A stretch of 63,377 nt of DNA, the filler included, from Octopus bimaculoides (taxonomy: Eukaryota), in NCBI RefSeq assembly GCF_001194135.2. It is 5 parts of 5 records of this genome, joined end to end, with 100 filler letters (N's around TTAATTAATTAA, not from the genome) between each part and the next. Parts side by side here need not be neighbours in the genome. Positions count along the whole stretch, not along the records: positions 1 to 23,011 come from NC_068985.1; positions 23,112 to 35,955 come from NC_068983.1; 3 more parts are not named here. One strand, 5' to 3'. The notes below the pieces were generated by a model. That model was not told where the DNA came from, did no database searches, and saw nothing but the letters and a program-made list of their open reading frames with translations. Every line of letters starts with the position of its first letter. Within the stretch, counting starts at the first letter, position 1. Positions 11,640-24,345 of the stretch are shown here, one piece after another. A program made the position numbers and the translations under genes.

Positions 11640-12239
11640 GTGAGAAATAATATTGTTTAATTGATGTGTGTGTGTACCCTTCTACAGTATTTATTTATAT
11701 CTTACTAATCTGTTGAAATTTCTTTAAGCACTGTCTATTGAGGTTGACTTTTTTTAGTTTAACTGCTTTATTATTTGCCAACAGGTTATTAATGATGTGA
11801 AGAAACTTTTTAGGCCTTAAAAATGACTGTCTCTTTTTGTTCCAGCAGTTTCTGGTTGCAGAATTGTCATTAACTGTTGTTTTAATGTTACTGTCATCAT
11901 ATCAGATAAATGCCATCCATTGAGTTTCTTTGCAACTTAGTCATTGCTCCAGTACTCAGTTTTCAGAGAAGAGTTGTTGCCCCATCATTAATTAGCTACT
12001 TTGACAGCATGTGTACTTCTCAGCACATGTCTCCTTGGGAGGCTGACCTGCAGTAGTGTATCTAGATGCAGTCAGTAATATCACACTGATATACACGATT
12101 AGTAGTAAGTTCAGTATGCATCTCTTTTTCAATTTCATCTGATAATTGAAAAACACCAAATGATTGAAACCAATTAAAGAATATGATGGCCTCCATCAGA
12201 TAGAGTTGGATTCTGTATTTTCACCTTTATGTTGTGCAG

Positions 12240-12352
12240 GGCTGGCATCTAGCTGTTGAAATCATACCAAAGCAGGCCTCTAGCTCTCTGTCTCCTGTCA
12301 AGCTATCCAACCCATGTCAATGTGGGACACAGATGGTAAATGATGATAATGT
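12240..12352 (+). mobile_element. RTE LINE 3' tail fragment
   Basis: ggcatctagctg...tatccaacccatg...aaatgatgataatg matches the 3' ends of the other RTE copies. Confidence 0.6.
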
Positions 12353-12594
12353 ATGCAGTCAAACATAATTATGTGGATGTACAAAACATTGGTTTCTGTC
12401 AAACACCTCTTAGAGGGATTGAAGGGTTGATTAAAGTTACATGTAGATTGTGAGCAGTGAGACACTGAGGATGGCAATTGAGCCTGGGTGTTGATCGGGA
12501 GTGGCAGATGAACCAGAATAGAGAGTCGTATGGAGTTTGCTAATTGGTGTGTGTGTATGCAAAGGAACAACAAAATACCAAAATTAAAAAGTAC

Positions 12595-13262
12595 ATCATC
12601 ATCATTTACCATGTGTCAACTGATCATTATCAACATTTAACATCTGTTGTCCATGCTGGCATGGGTTGGATGGTTTGACCAGGGCTGGTAAGCTGAGGGG
12701 CTGCACCAAACTCCAGTCTGATTTGGTATGATTTCTATGGCTGGATGCCCTTCCTAACGCCAACCAATCTGAGAATGTAACGAGTGCATTTTACATGCCA
12801 CTGGCATGGGTGTCAGTTGTGTGACACCAGTATCTGCTACAACAGCGATATTGCCAAATATGTCTCAGTCATTTGTCATTGTCTCTGTGAGGTTACCAGC
12901 ATCAGCCACATGGCATCTCTGAGGCCAAATATTTGAAAGGTATTTTTTACGTGCCACTGGCATGGGTGCCAGTTACTTGATACCAGCATTGGTCACAACT
13001 GATTTCTCTTGGCTTGATAGGTCTTCTCAAGCATGGCATATTGCCAAAGGTCTTGGTCACTTGTCATTGCTTCTGTGAGGCCCAACATTTGAAGATCATG
13101 GTTCACCACCTTGTCCCATGTCTTTTTGGGTCTACCACTACTACAGGTTCCCTCTACCGTTAGAGATTGGCCCTTCTTTACACAGCTGTCCTCATCCATA
13201 CTCATCACATGACCATACCAGCGCAGTCGTCTCTCTTGCATACCACATCTGATGCCCACCTA
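12595..13262 (-). mobile_element. RTE-clade LINE 3' end in a TYMS intron
   Basis: ORF 12993-13259 gives RRLRWYGHVM...GRPKKTW...LWQYAMLEK. The 3' UTR matches 2440-2660; (GAT)n tail. Confidence 0.9.
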
Positions 13263-13336
13263 TTCTCTCTCGATGTTTACACTCTGATGATGATAATTAT
13301 CATGCTGAAAATGATGTTCTTGTTTCTTTTTTATAG

Positions 13337-13453
<117 letters not shown>

Positions 13454-13543
13454 TGACTGAAATATTCTTCAGGTTGAATTATTGAGTTTTAGTTTTTAAA
13501 TGTTAGTGCTGGATATTTTTGTTACAACTTTTTGGAGATGGGA

Positions 13544-13589
<46 letters not shown>

Positions 13590-13829
13590 TAGCAGTGATC
13601 CCCATCATTGATTGGGTAATTTTACTGTTTCTCAGGAGACACATTCAAAGTGTTATTATATATATATAGATTTACTTCTCCTGTATGTGTGTATTTTATA
13701 AGAAAAAAACATGTAATAATTGAAGTAGAAAAAAGATCAATTTCATACACAAACTTCTGTTTGTTTATTATATGACAATAGTAAGTGAGTTGTATGTTAT
13801 TTTATATATCAAAATAGTAATGGCAATTA

Positions 13830-13952
13830 TACACAAGGCCTTGGTTGGCATGGAGCTGTATTGAGAGAGAATTGCCCAATGTGCTGCGCAGTGGGACTGA
13901 ACCCAAGGTGACATGGTTGGAAAGCAAGCTTCTCAACCACACAGCCATGCCT
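13830..13952 (-). mobile_element. SINE family C tRNA-like head
   Basis: Homologous to 55281-55372 (gcagtgggactgaacc...ggttggaaagcaagcttct). Confidence 0.65.
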
Positions 13953-14086
13953 ATGAAGAGATACATTTTGCATAATATACTCCTTGATACAACATGCTTA
14001 ACAAGAAGATGGGATGTTTACAACGAGAAGACCTTTGATATTAATATTTACTTGAGCAACGCAACAACTAACAACGCTACACCATA

Positions 14087-14570
14087 TAGGGTGTTTCAAA
14101 ATTAACGGTCTGTTTCAATGAAATTGAGCAAATTTTTTAAAAAAACTGACAGAATTCTATGTTTATTACCAAAACAAATAGCCTTATAAGTCTTATATCA
14201 AACTTTTATTGAGAATTTTCAACATGTCAGTATCTCTACATACTTCATATTTCTCCTTAGCATTGTGAAACACATTTTGAAGCTTTTCGGGGGTTAGCTC
14301 CTGCACTGCTAACAGAATGTGTTCTTTAAGATCAGCTAAACGATTGCTTCATCATGGGGGTGGAGGTAAGGAAAATGATTGCTGCCAAATTGAAAAAAAG
14401 CTGTCTTGGTCAAATAAGAGGGGTCCAATATGAATGAAAATAAAATTATAGACATAATTCAAAATTTATACACTTTTAACACATTAAACATGATAAACAT
14501 AAATAAAAGTGAGTTTTAAAAAAAATGCATCTGATTTCACTCAAATCATCATTAATTCTGGGACACCCTG
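14087..14570 (-). mobile_element. Tc1/mariner deletion derivative
   Basis: TIRs (t/c)agggtgt(tt/cc)ca(a/g)aattaa, with TA at 14085-14086 and 14571-14572. Minus-strand remnant LADLKEHILLAVQELTP..LQNVFHN resembles a transposase C-terminus. Confidence 0.8.
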
Positions 14571-14989
14571 TATTTACTCGTGCAACTAAACGGGGGAGGG
14601 AACACGGGTGTGGAGGGCTAATTGCAGGTGGTGAGTGTAGCTTCCGGAAGTGGTCACGCAGTCAAACTGAAATGGCCATGACTCACAACAGCAGTTTGTC
14701 TTTTTGCACTATATAGTTCAGACATGGATGATATAGAAAGCAGACATGCTGCCAAGCCATGCTGTGTTGTGCAGGATTGGAAATGTGAAACATCAACAGG
14801 TTACTTCTGGAGAATGGATGAATGGAGTTGTTGTGCCTTTAGCCTGCTGTGCACACATGCACATGGCCTGGTGGTGCGCAGGATGATAACACGAAGCATC
14901 AACAGGGCACCGACAAAAATTTTAATGTTCTTCTCATTTCGTCTGCCAAACTGGACAAAAAGGTTTTTACACGCTACTTATAATGCATA

Positions 14990-15410
14990 AGTAGTGTCAA
15001 TATTTCATCATCGGAAAATGGCCTAAAACAAAGATAAAACCCAGTGCAGTTTACTCAAATCTGATTAATCTGCATTTTTCTGGGGCCTATAGTCGGCATC
15101 GGAAATCTTTTTTAGTCAACAGCAATTTGAGGAGCCTGATTAATGTTTGTTGCAAATTTGGAGGAAAGCGACTGGATACTCTTCAAGTTACGAGCTTTAA
15201 TGCTGTGAAAATGCTTAAAAAATGCGGTTTATTTGCCCCTGGGCCCCATATTAGGCAAGTAGTTAAAAACCTTTTTGGCCCATAACACTCTATGGACCCT
15301 TTGTAATGCATGTGTAAAATTTCATTAAAACTGGTTGGGTGGATCTCAAGTTATAACGACATGACAAACTCATAGATAGGCACACATCCTGTGTTTTATA
15401 TATATAGATA
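14990..15410 (+). mobile_element. Non-autonomous Helentron/HINE-like element (tentative)
   Basis: aaatttcattaaaactggttgggtggatctcaagttata motif and the terminal ttttatatatatagat typical of such elements. Confidence 0.4.
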
Positions 15411-15576
15411 ATCATCTATCACTCTCAATGCCCTCAGATATCTAACATAACATAACACCCCTCCCCCTGAGCCACTCATATCTCACTTTCAATTACTACA
15501 GTTATCTCTACTCCATCTAACCATCTCCCCTTACATTATAAAATTTTTTCTATCCCCTCTACCCACTCACCCAGCC

Positions 15577-16830
15577 AGTTATCTCGATCCTTTGACATCT
15601 CATCTGTGAAGCTCAACATCTGAAGGTCATTTCCTACTCTGTCCCATGTCTTCCTGGTTCTATCTCTTCCACAGGTTCCCTCCACAATTAGAGACTAGTA
15701 CTTCTTTATGCAGTTACAATCATCACATGACCATACCAACACAGTCTTCTCTCTTGCACACTGCATCTGATGCCTCTTGTACCCAATTTTTCTCCTTGTC
15801 ATACATGCTCATACACAATGCACATCCAGCAGAGCATACTGGTGTCATTTCTTTGAAGCTTTTGTATGTCATTTGCAGTCACTGCCATGTAGCATAGCTG
15901 TCTATATACAGGCATAAAATCTGCCTTTCAATGTGAAAGACCCTTTGTTGCCAAAAAAAGGTAATATCTCTCTCTACTTTGCCTGTTCTGGCAACTTTCT
16001 CCACTGCTAATTTCGTCACTTGGGTAAAAGAAACTACTACCTCTAAGGATCCTCCTGGACATTTGAGGAAGTCTATTTCCTCCACATTATTAGTGTTTAT
16101 TGTGCCTGCACATCTGTCTCACACAAAGACTACTTTATCTGTTAATGTTCCTATGATTCTACTGCACCTCTTATGTGTCCATAACTTATGCTGTGTACAC
16201 CTTATGGAATTTCTATGTATATATCTACATATCGAGCAGGGCCATTTCCTTAAATTTGTTTGTAATTTGCTTTCCTGATTACTAGTACTTTAGTCTTTGC
16301 TTTCCTCCAAGCTTGAAATTTCTTCTCTAATTCCAGTAGAGATTCAGCTATAAGAACAAAGTCATTTGCATAGAGGAGTTCCCTAGGGCAGCTTGTTTGA
16401 AATTCCTCTGTTATGCCGAGGAGAACTATGATAAACAAGAGGGGACTGAGAACTACTCGAATTCCTACATTGCTATATTCATGGTCAACTTTCACCTTAC
16501 AGACAGTATCCCTGTACATGGCTTGGATAGCTCTCACCAGCCACTTATCTATCCCTAGCTTCCACATTGACCACCAGATGAATGAGTGAAGGACTCTGTC
16601 AAAGGCTTTCTCCCTCTCAACAAAAACCATGTACAGAGGTTTTTCACTTAGTGCTTCTCCTGCAGTTCTGGTTGCTTTACTAGGAATATAAACGTTAGTA
16701 GTGTTTCTCTCTGGTACAAAACCAAACTGCATCTCAGTTTAATTCTGTTCCTAACTAGTTAAGCTATGACCCTTTCTGTAACTTTCATGACTTGGTCCAG
16801 CAATTCGATACCTCTGTAATTTCTTCTGTC
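15577..16830 (-). mobile_element. RTE-clade LINE, RT region, decayed
   Basis: NYRGIELLDQVMK, MQFGF, EKAFDRV, VLSPLLFIIVL, LLYANDFVLIA, WYGHVM and KTWDRV motifs. Confidence 0.9.
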
Positions 16831-17252
16831 TCACAGAGGCAGTGATAAGTGACAGAGACTTTTGGCAATATGCTGTACTTGAAAAGACCTATCAAGCCAA
16901 ATGAAATGATAGTTGGCACCCGTGCTGGTGGCATGTAAAAAGCACCCTTCAAACGTTGGACCTCACAGAGGCAGTGACGAATGACTGAGACCTATGACAA
17001 TATACCATGCTTGAGAAGACTTGTCAAGCCAAGTGAGGTCATAGTCGTGCCAATACTGGTGTTATGTAACTGGTACTCATGCTGGTGGCACGTAAAAAGC
17101 ATCCACTGCACTCTTGGAGTGGTTGGCATTAGGAAAGGCATCCAGCTGTAGAAACCATGGCAAATCAGGTTGGAACCTGGTGCAGCTTACCAGTTTTCAA
17201 TCAAATTGTATAACCCCTACCAGCATGGAGAATGGACACTAAATGATGATGA
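16831..17252 (+). mobile_element. RTE LINE 3' end in the opposite orientation
   Basis: LTEAVISDRDFWQYAVLEKTYQAK* followed by a 3' UTR and a tgatgatgat tail. Confidence 0.85.
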
Positions 17253-17719
17253 TCTTGGCAGTGATTCTTAATGGGTCAGGGGCTTTCTCTGCCTTCATAT
17301 ATCTAACTACTTTATCATGCTTCTCTCAACTTGAATAGTTGGCCCTTCTGTTGAGTTCACAGTAGGATGACTTCCTTCTCCCATGCATTGTTCACATTCA
17401 GCAGCCTGTGACTGTGTCCCTCTCTTAGAAATTATTGTGAGAAAGGCAGAACTGGTAGAGCACTCTTGTTTGGTCACTTTTGGTTTTGAGTTCAAATTCT
17501 GCAAAGATTATTTATACTGAAATGCTTTCTGAAGTTGATAAAATGAGCACAGTAAGTTGTGAGTACCTGTATAATTTACGATACTTCTTCTCCAAAAATT
17601 GTGATCCTATGTCTAATTTAGTGGCTTAGCCCAACCCTCAAAGACACTGAATTTACACCTAAGTTAGAAATAATTATTATTCTGATTCTTTACATTCTGA
17701 GTTAGTTCAACTTTGCCTT

Positions 17720-18050
17720 TCATAATTTCAGGGCCAGTAAAATAAAGTGCCAGTCAAATACCGGGGTTCATGGTAATGACCCCTTCCCATCAAAATTGCT
17801 AGCCTAGTGCCCAGATCAGAAACTGTTGTTATTATGAGGGCGGTGGATTGGCAGTGTTGGAGAAAATGCTTTGTGATATTTCTTGCAACTGTTTTATGTT
17901 CTGAGATCAAATCCCACCAAAGTCAACTTTGCCTTTTGTCCTTTCAAGGTTGATAAAATAAGTACCAGTCAAGTATTAAGGTCAGTAGTATGAACTTATC
18001 CCTTCCCCACAAAAGCGCTGACTTTGTGCCTAAATTACAAACATTATTAT
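17720..18050. mobile_element. Two decayed SINE family A copies
   Basis: tctgagatcaaatcccaccaaagtcaactttgcc...gataaaataagtaccag is the family A core with its CpGs lost. Confidence 0.65.
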
Positions 18051-18406
18051 TATGAGACCTAGTAGTTGTGAAATGAAGGTACTGCTGTGTTTAATCCAGT
18101 TGGCTTGATTTGTAAAATCTATGATTGATTCCTTCTTCACTGTACAGTAGTTAACTGTAGAAAGGGCATCCAACTGAGAAAAGATTTTTTTTAAACACAG
18201 TGTGTGTGATCACTATGTTCTTGTCAGTTGTAGAAAATAGAGATAAAACCAGTTTCAGTTACTTTGAAGTGTGAAGGTGACTCCAGCTATAGTAGGTGTA
18301 GTATGTACTGTGTTCCCTATGTTATTCTGATATCTATGTTTAGAATATGTCAAATGCTGATTTTTTCCTTTTTTTTTTTGTTTTTATTCTTATATCTTTT
18401 AAATAG

Positions 18407-18544
18407 CTGAAAAGGACCCCACGTGCTCTGCCAAAGCTAAAAATTAAGCGAAGTGTCAGTAACATCGATGACTTCCATGTTGATGATTTTGAAATTATTG
18501 ACTATAAGCCATATGGTAAGATAAAGATGGAGATGGCTGTATAG
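18407..18544 (+). CDS. TYMS: Thymidylate synthase, last coding exon (LKRTPRALPKL...IDDF...KIKMEMAV*)
   Basis: Conserved TS C-terminus ending MEMAV. Long T-rich tract plus aaatag acceptor. 138 nt including TAG. Confidence 0.97.
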   Translation: MKRTPRALPKLKIKRSVSNIDDFHVDDFEIIDYKPYGKIKMEMAV

Positions 18545-19594
18545 GAAGGATTTGAGAAACCATTTTCAAAAAGCTGTTATTGGGTTCCAAAATCTATCAG
18601 TAGATTATGGCTCACAAGAAACATAACATTCTATAAACAGAAACTTTGGTGCTTATATTCCATTATTTTTTTTTTTACATCTATTAAAGTCATATATAAA
18701 GAACAAAAAAAATGAAACATTTTTAGTGTAAATACTGTTTGTCTTTTGTATCAAAATTGCGTTAATGTTAATGTATACATTACATTTTATAATGTAATGT
18801 ATACCTCTACAAAATTTATGTATATACAAAAGTTCTATGTTTATTATTCTGTGTGAAAAAACAATACCTACTTCAGATTTTTTTCAAACTTGATCAAGCT
18901 ATTATACTTCTAAAATAAGTCATACAAAATTTTATGTTTCTATATGCTCCCGTTCTTAGGAAATGGCTCCTAGAATATTGTAATTTAGGGCTAAATTTTT
19001 GTACAAGGCTGCACAAAAATAGTCATAAATCCTTCCCTATAAGTCCAAAGCTCGGTCTTGTAATGACTGCAGAAAGTGCCTAAAAAGGAGTTTGTTTATT
19101 TAAATGTTTATAGTGTCTTGTTAATTTTTTTTGAAAATTGACAGTATTGCTGAAAAGGTTTAGTGTGATGTTGTGCATGTGTTTGTTAATTACATCATAG
19201 CTTTAAAAAGTACATTAAAAAATGATGTAACAAAAGATTTAGGAACAGACACGATTATACAAACATTATAGACAAAAAAATTTACATGTAATTCATAATG
19301 AAATTTACAGGTAAGCTATTGCTCCCATCACAGACAATTCCATCAACATACATAGGACTACAAGAGTATTGGGGATTACTGTGACAGGAATAGCAGTCAC
19401 ATGCAGATTGTTGAGGAATTTGGCTTTAGTTGAAGCAGCTTCACACAGACTACTAGACTGATGACTAATATATTGTCCTGTAACATATGCATGCAGTTCA
19501 TTGATGGTACAACAAAAGTTAATCAGATTAAGCACATTGGATGAAGTCATAGAATTACCTCATTCTGACTTTCTCATAGTGTTTTCTTGGCATT

Positions 19595-19970
19595 GAAGAC
19601 AGGAACAGGAAGCTCTTCACAGTGTGGAACTGGTCTAATAGCAGAGGCAAGATTAGGATAGACAAGTGTTTGTCGATTTTTTTTTTTCTGTTTGATACTC
19701 TTCAAATTTAGGTTACAAAAATAGCAGTCATCCATGTGATTATAGGGCTCCTGTCATACCATTTATATAGCAAACCTCATACTTTTCCTTGTCCCTTTAG
19801 TCCATTGTTGCAAATGTTCTGTACATTGTTTGCAGACACTATGCAAACACCCAATATTTAGGGTGGTCTCCCAGCTTGACCCCAAAATATGCCATATATG
19901 CTCTTTCAACAAAATCAGTGATGTTTATTCGATTTTCAGGTAATGTGGCTCCAATGGATGTGTAATGTCA
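19595..19970 (-). mobile_element. Chapaev3-like (CMC) transposase N-terminal fragment, pseudogenised
   Basis: TLPENRINITDFVERAYMAYFGVKLGDHPKYW-(frameshift)-VCKQCTEHLQQWTKG.RKSMRFAI*MV*QEPYNHMDDCYFC...YPNLASAIRPVPHCEELPVP. Family assignment is from recall of Chapaev3 proteins. Confidence 0.7.
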
Positions 19971-20510
19971 GTGTGCATACTTGACAGAGTGTAAGTACCT
20001 TGAGAGATGCATTACAGATCTATAGTGATTGGAAGGGCATGACCCAACTCAAATAAACATTAACAACTGTGTGACGTGAGGGTTAAGGGGAAATGAAAGT
20101 GTCACCTCTCGAGTTTGCCAGTGTTCACTATGCCGATAGGTAACTGAACAGAATAAATTTTCAATCTTTAAATCTCTTTGAATGATCAATCACTTATCTG
20201 GAAAGGCCTTGAAATCAATGTTACCATCTGGGGACTATCTCTGACCTAGTGATAATAAAAAGACTCAAAGGAGGTCTGCAACCAAATGACTTTACTCAAA
20301 ATAACACTTTACAACTGAATCAGTGGAAGCAAAGATGCCTCTCCTTCACTTGACAATTTATGCACCACCTTGCAGAAATCACAATCTAAGTATATCTCAA
20401 AGCAAACTCTTACACTGTTGTACCATTGAATTACAAATAACACTCATCTTGTATCCTTGGGTGACTCTACAAATTCCAAGACTATAATTGTATTCATCTT
20501 GACTCAGGAA

Positions 20511-21323
20511 AAATGACTAAATTGTGGGAGTTAAGCCCCTATTAAGGGGTCTTATTAAAAGAAGTTGAAATTTTAGGAATATTACTTCATAAGTCTATGG
20601 TTAAAATTTCATCAACAACAAAAATATATGAATTTTCATGGGGTTATGGCCTCATTTATGCTCCCTCACTTTCAAACATATACTGCATTACATCTGTCCT
20701 TATGCATAGAATATAATTTCCAAATTTCATAAAGATCCATTCAGTAGTTTTGACCTTGTTTTTGGATCATAAAAAGATGACTAAAATTTGGGAGTTCAGG
20801 CCTTCTTTAGTGGGTCTTGGAGTCCTCATGAGAAGCAGAAACTTTGGGAATACTTCTTGATTTGTGTCAATTACCTATGGTTGAAATTTCATCAACATTG
20901 GAAATTTATGAATTTTCATTGGGGTGGGGGGAATCTGCCTCATGGAATTCAAACCAAACATACTGCATTATACCCACCCTTATGCATTGAATCTTAGTTC
21001 CAAATATCGATGCATTCAGTAATTTTGGTCCATGAAAAATGATTAAAATTTGGGGATTTTAGGGGGTCTTAGAATCATCCAAAGAAATGGAAATTTTGGG
21101 TATATCTTTTAATTCAATTCTAAATTTCATCAAAATCCAAAGCATATGAATTTTCATGAGTTCTGCTCCCCTTTATGTCCCTTCAAAATTGTATAAAATA
21201 TACCGCATTACCCTTCTCCCTAGGCTTGAATTTTGTGTTTCAAATTTCATTAGGCTCAGTCCAGTAGTTTTCAAGCCTAAAAGTAACACAAGAACACACA
21301 ATATTGATTTTTATATACTAGAT
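20511..21323 (+). repeat. Three diverged ~263-bp tandem units ending in ttttatatactagat (Helentron/HINE-like)
   Basis: The anchor atga(c/t)taaa recurs near 20513, 20777 and 21039; the motifs aaatttcatcaa, tatgaattttcat and actgcatt repeat in each unit. Confidence 0.7.
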
Positions 21324-21384
21324 AATATATATATACATACACAATATTTATGTGTGTGTGTATATATATATGTGTGTTTTTTTT

Positions 21385-22240
21385 CAGTGTTTACAAATAA
21401 CACAGAAAAAATAAATAATTTTATGACTCTGCCTTACTTAAAGCAGGCTATAAAGAAAAAATTACCTATATTAACCCTATTGACGTTAATTCTACCTCTA
21501 TTAATCAGGACATGAAATCAAGTTGTAATGATATTAACAATATTAATTTTATTTCGAATAACGACACCAAATCGAGTAATGTAATTCTGCAGCGTTTTTC
21601 ATTGAGGACTTTGAAATATAATTACCCTAATAAGAAGGTATGTCCCAGCAAAACAGTTTGGTTAATAATTCCATATGGTAAGCAGATCAAATCCAACCTT
21701 CCTTACCAGTTCCGTGAAGCTATAGAAAAGAATTTCCGAAGAAATTCAAGGTACTATTCGATTATTAATTTACACCAAATCAGGATAGGTTTTTCTAACA
21801 CAAAAAGATCTTTCACAAATCATCTCTTTGCATAATAATAAGTTGTTAAATACAAATCCACTTAATGAAAGTACTAACACTGATTTTGTTAACACTAACT
21901 ATTTTTTAAAATAATAATAACAGCGGGGTTATTGTTTCTGAAATTGACTCCAATTGCATTCGTTTTCTTAGCAGTAATTCTAAAACTAGAAACTCTATCA
22001 ATGTAAAATTACTTTCAGTTCTGATGTCTCTTTTTATATAGGTAGTTCTTCATCTCAATTATCCAAAAGAATATCTAATCATTACTCTCGCCTTTCCCTC
22101 TACTTTTATTCAAGTTATGCTCCTCTAGCCCAAACCTGTCTGAAATTTTGTCTCTCCTCCCTTTAAAAATTACGATTTAACTCTCATTTCTGTTACCGAT
22201 TTAAGCATTTAATCTCACGGTTTAAACACTGCTGTGTTTC
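21385..22240 (+). mobile_element. Divergent Naiad-like Penelope element, thumb/linker plus GIY-YIG, frameshifted
   Basis: FYDSALLKAGYKEKITY; VWLIIPYGKQIKSN...FREAIEKNF...IRIGFS; QIISLHNNKLLN; LYQCKIT...FYIGSSSSQLSKRISNHYS; LISRFKH. Confidence 0.7.
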
Positions 22241-22684
22241 TTTCAACTTTGTTTCTAAAAACCCAAGGAATTTAACCAGCATGATGTACTGCTGCCTGTT
22301 CCTCTCTCTCTCTCTCTCTGAAACACTACTTTCTTTCCCCCACTTCCTCTTCGACTTGTACGTGTCCCCAAACCTATTATAACCAGTTCACTTTCCAACT
22401 TCATCCCAATTCGTATTGGAATTTCTATGCTGATAGAAGACAAGACGAAGCTCTCTTAGCCCGCGATACGCCCGTCCTCCCACCCCCTCCAGCAGTACCG
22501 GAAGTTTAGATCATTTTCCATCCTTAGCTGTCTCCCGCGAACACTGCTAGTGACATTATACCACCCCTCCCCTCTTATCGACCTTATATCACATAAAGAT
22601 TGGGTAGTATATGAAGGTTGTAGGTATTTTTTTGTTTATGAATTCTGCCAAATGCAAGCTTTCTTTTCAGGTACACGACACTGC

Positions 22685-23011
22685 TTTCCCCCATCCCAGA
22701 CTCGTGCTTCATCATAGGTTAGCTACTGTCATCTCAGCCTATGCCCCTCAACCGGGGTTACCGGATGGGCTGAAAGACCAATTCTATGACACCCTCTTGC
22801 AAACTACCTCGTCGACGAGTGACAGGGACCTTCTCTTTGTGGCTGGTGACTTCAATGGTCATGCCGGACGTCGTGCTGGAGGCTTCCATGGCATACATGG
22901 AGGCTATGGCTTCGGTTCTCGCAACGAGGAGGGAACCAGACTGCTGGAGTTCTGTGATACAACCGATCTTATGGTTTGCAATACCAACTTCAGGAAACCT
23001 GCCTGTCACCT
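22685..23011 (+). mobile_element. RTE LINE APE endonuclease fragment
   Basis: VISAYAPQ, KDQFY, FVAGDFNGH, GYGFGSRNEEG.RLLEFC, NTNFRK. Confidence 0.92.
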
Positions 23012-23055
23012 NNNNNNNNNNNNNNNNNNNNNNNNNNNNNNNNNNNNNNNNNNNN

Positions 23056-23067
23056 TTAATTAATTAA
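23056..23067. other. Assembly placeholder linker TTAATTAATTAA (also at 36000-36011, 45800-45811, 60970-60981)
   Basis: Identical 12-mer with stop codons in all six frames, set in 44 N + 12 + 44 N = 100 nt. Confidence 0.95.
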
Positions 23068-23111
23068 NNNNNNNNNNNNNNNNNNNNNNNNNNNNNNNNN
23101 NNNNNNNNNNN

Positions 23112-23160
<49 letters not shown>

Positions 23161-23679
23161 GTATATATATCTAAGTTATGTAAGCTATTTAAGTGTGTAT
23201 ATATGTTTATACATATATGCATATATATACATATATACATCTATATATGTACATATATATATATATGATTATATGTTTGTGTGTGTACATATGTACATAG
23301 ATCTATATATATGCACAGATACATGCAAAGATACATATGTCCTTATGTGCGGTGTGTGTGAGTAATATCTTGAGAAATATCAATCGGGAAATACATCATT
23401 TGCAAACGCTTTCTATCCATCCAAAAGAAAAAGAAGCAGAAATATATATAGATAAAAGCAACGAAAACAGAAGCAAGAAAAACGTAACGAACACAGACAA
23501 AACACAAAACACATGCATAGAAGAAAGTGAAAGGTATGTCATCAAAATAAGCGTTCCTTGCTTGCAATTTCGCACTTCTCATATCTTGCGTGTCACATAC
23601 TATATATTTCATGATATGATTTGTTTCATTTTCTAAGTGTACTTACCTAGCTGCCTGATATCTCATTTGCCATCGTCAT

Positions 23680-24345
23680 CATTGTCATTATCATTATCAT
23701 CGTGTAAATATATACAGCGTTAATGTATATCTGCAATTATTATCATCGTTACTATCATCATGACACCCCTCCTCCTGCTGCTCATCATCGTCATCGTCAT
23801 CATCATCATCTCATCATCAGCATCATCATCATCATCATCATCATAATTACCACCCCACCAACTTCACTACCACCATCACCACCACCAACACCAACACGAC
23901 GATCATCATCATCATCGTCATCGTCCACCTCCTTCGCTTCCTCGTCTTCTTCCTCCTCCCTCTCATCATTTTCTCCACCCCAGTAAGTTTTCATCNNNNN
24001 NNNNNNNNNNNNNNNNNNNNNNNNNNNNNNNNNNNNNNNNNNNNNNNNNNNNNNNNNNNNNNNNNNNNNNNNNNNNNNNNNNNNNTCTACGTCAGAGTTT
24101 CACCTACCCCCTCTTCGTCGTTCTCTTTCTCCTCCTTATCAGCCTCATTTTCTTTGTGGTTTCAAGCCTAATTATCATCGTCGTAATTTATCATCACGAA
24201 TATTAGCAGGAACATTACCAGCAGCAGCTACACGGCGATGACGATGACAACGACGACGACGACGACGACGACGACCACCACCACCACGACCACCACCACT
24301 ACCACCACAACCGACAACAGCAACAATAACAACGACAACAGTCAC
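23680..24345. repeat. Trinucleotide low-complexity tracts (ATC, CAC, GAC, AAC) either side of a gap
   Basis: Direct reading. Confidence 0.9.

Noticed and set aside
14724-14990. 88-aa Cys/Trp-rich ORF in a TYMS intron
   Set aside because: Only a vague resemblance to a Helitron zinc finger; no supportable family.
15577-17252. Head-to-head RTE pieces resembling a twin-priming 5' inversion
   Set aside because: The overlapping coding stretch differs strongly (SFTDEMSKDRDNW versus LTEAVISDRDFW), so these are two subfamilies and independent insertions.
18683-18688. ATTAAA as the TYMS polyadenylation signal
   Set aside because: The hexamer is common in AT-rich DNA; 3'-end data are needed.
18545-22600. 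Antisense ENOSF1/rTS overlapping the TYMS 3' end, as in vertebrates
   Set aside because: No enolase-like exon was recognised; the minus-strand coding signal is a transposase relic.
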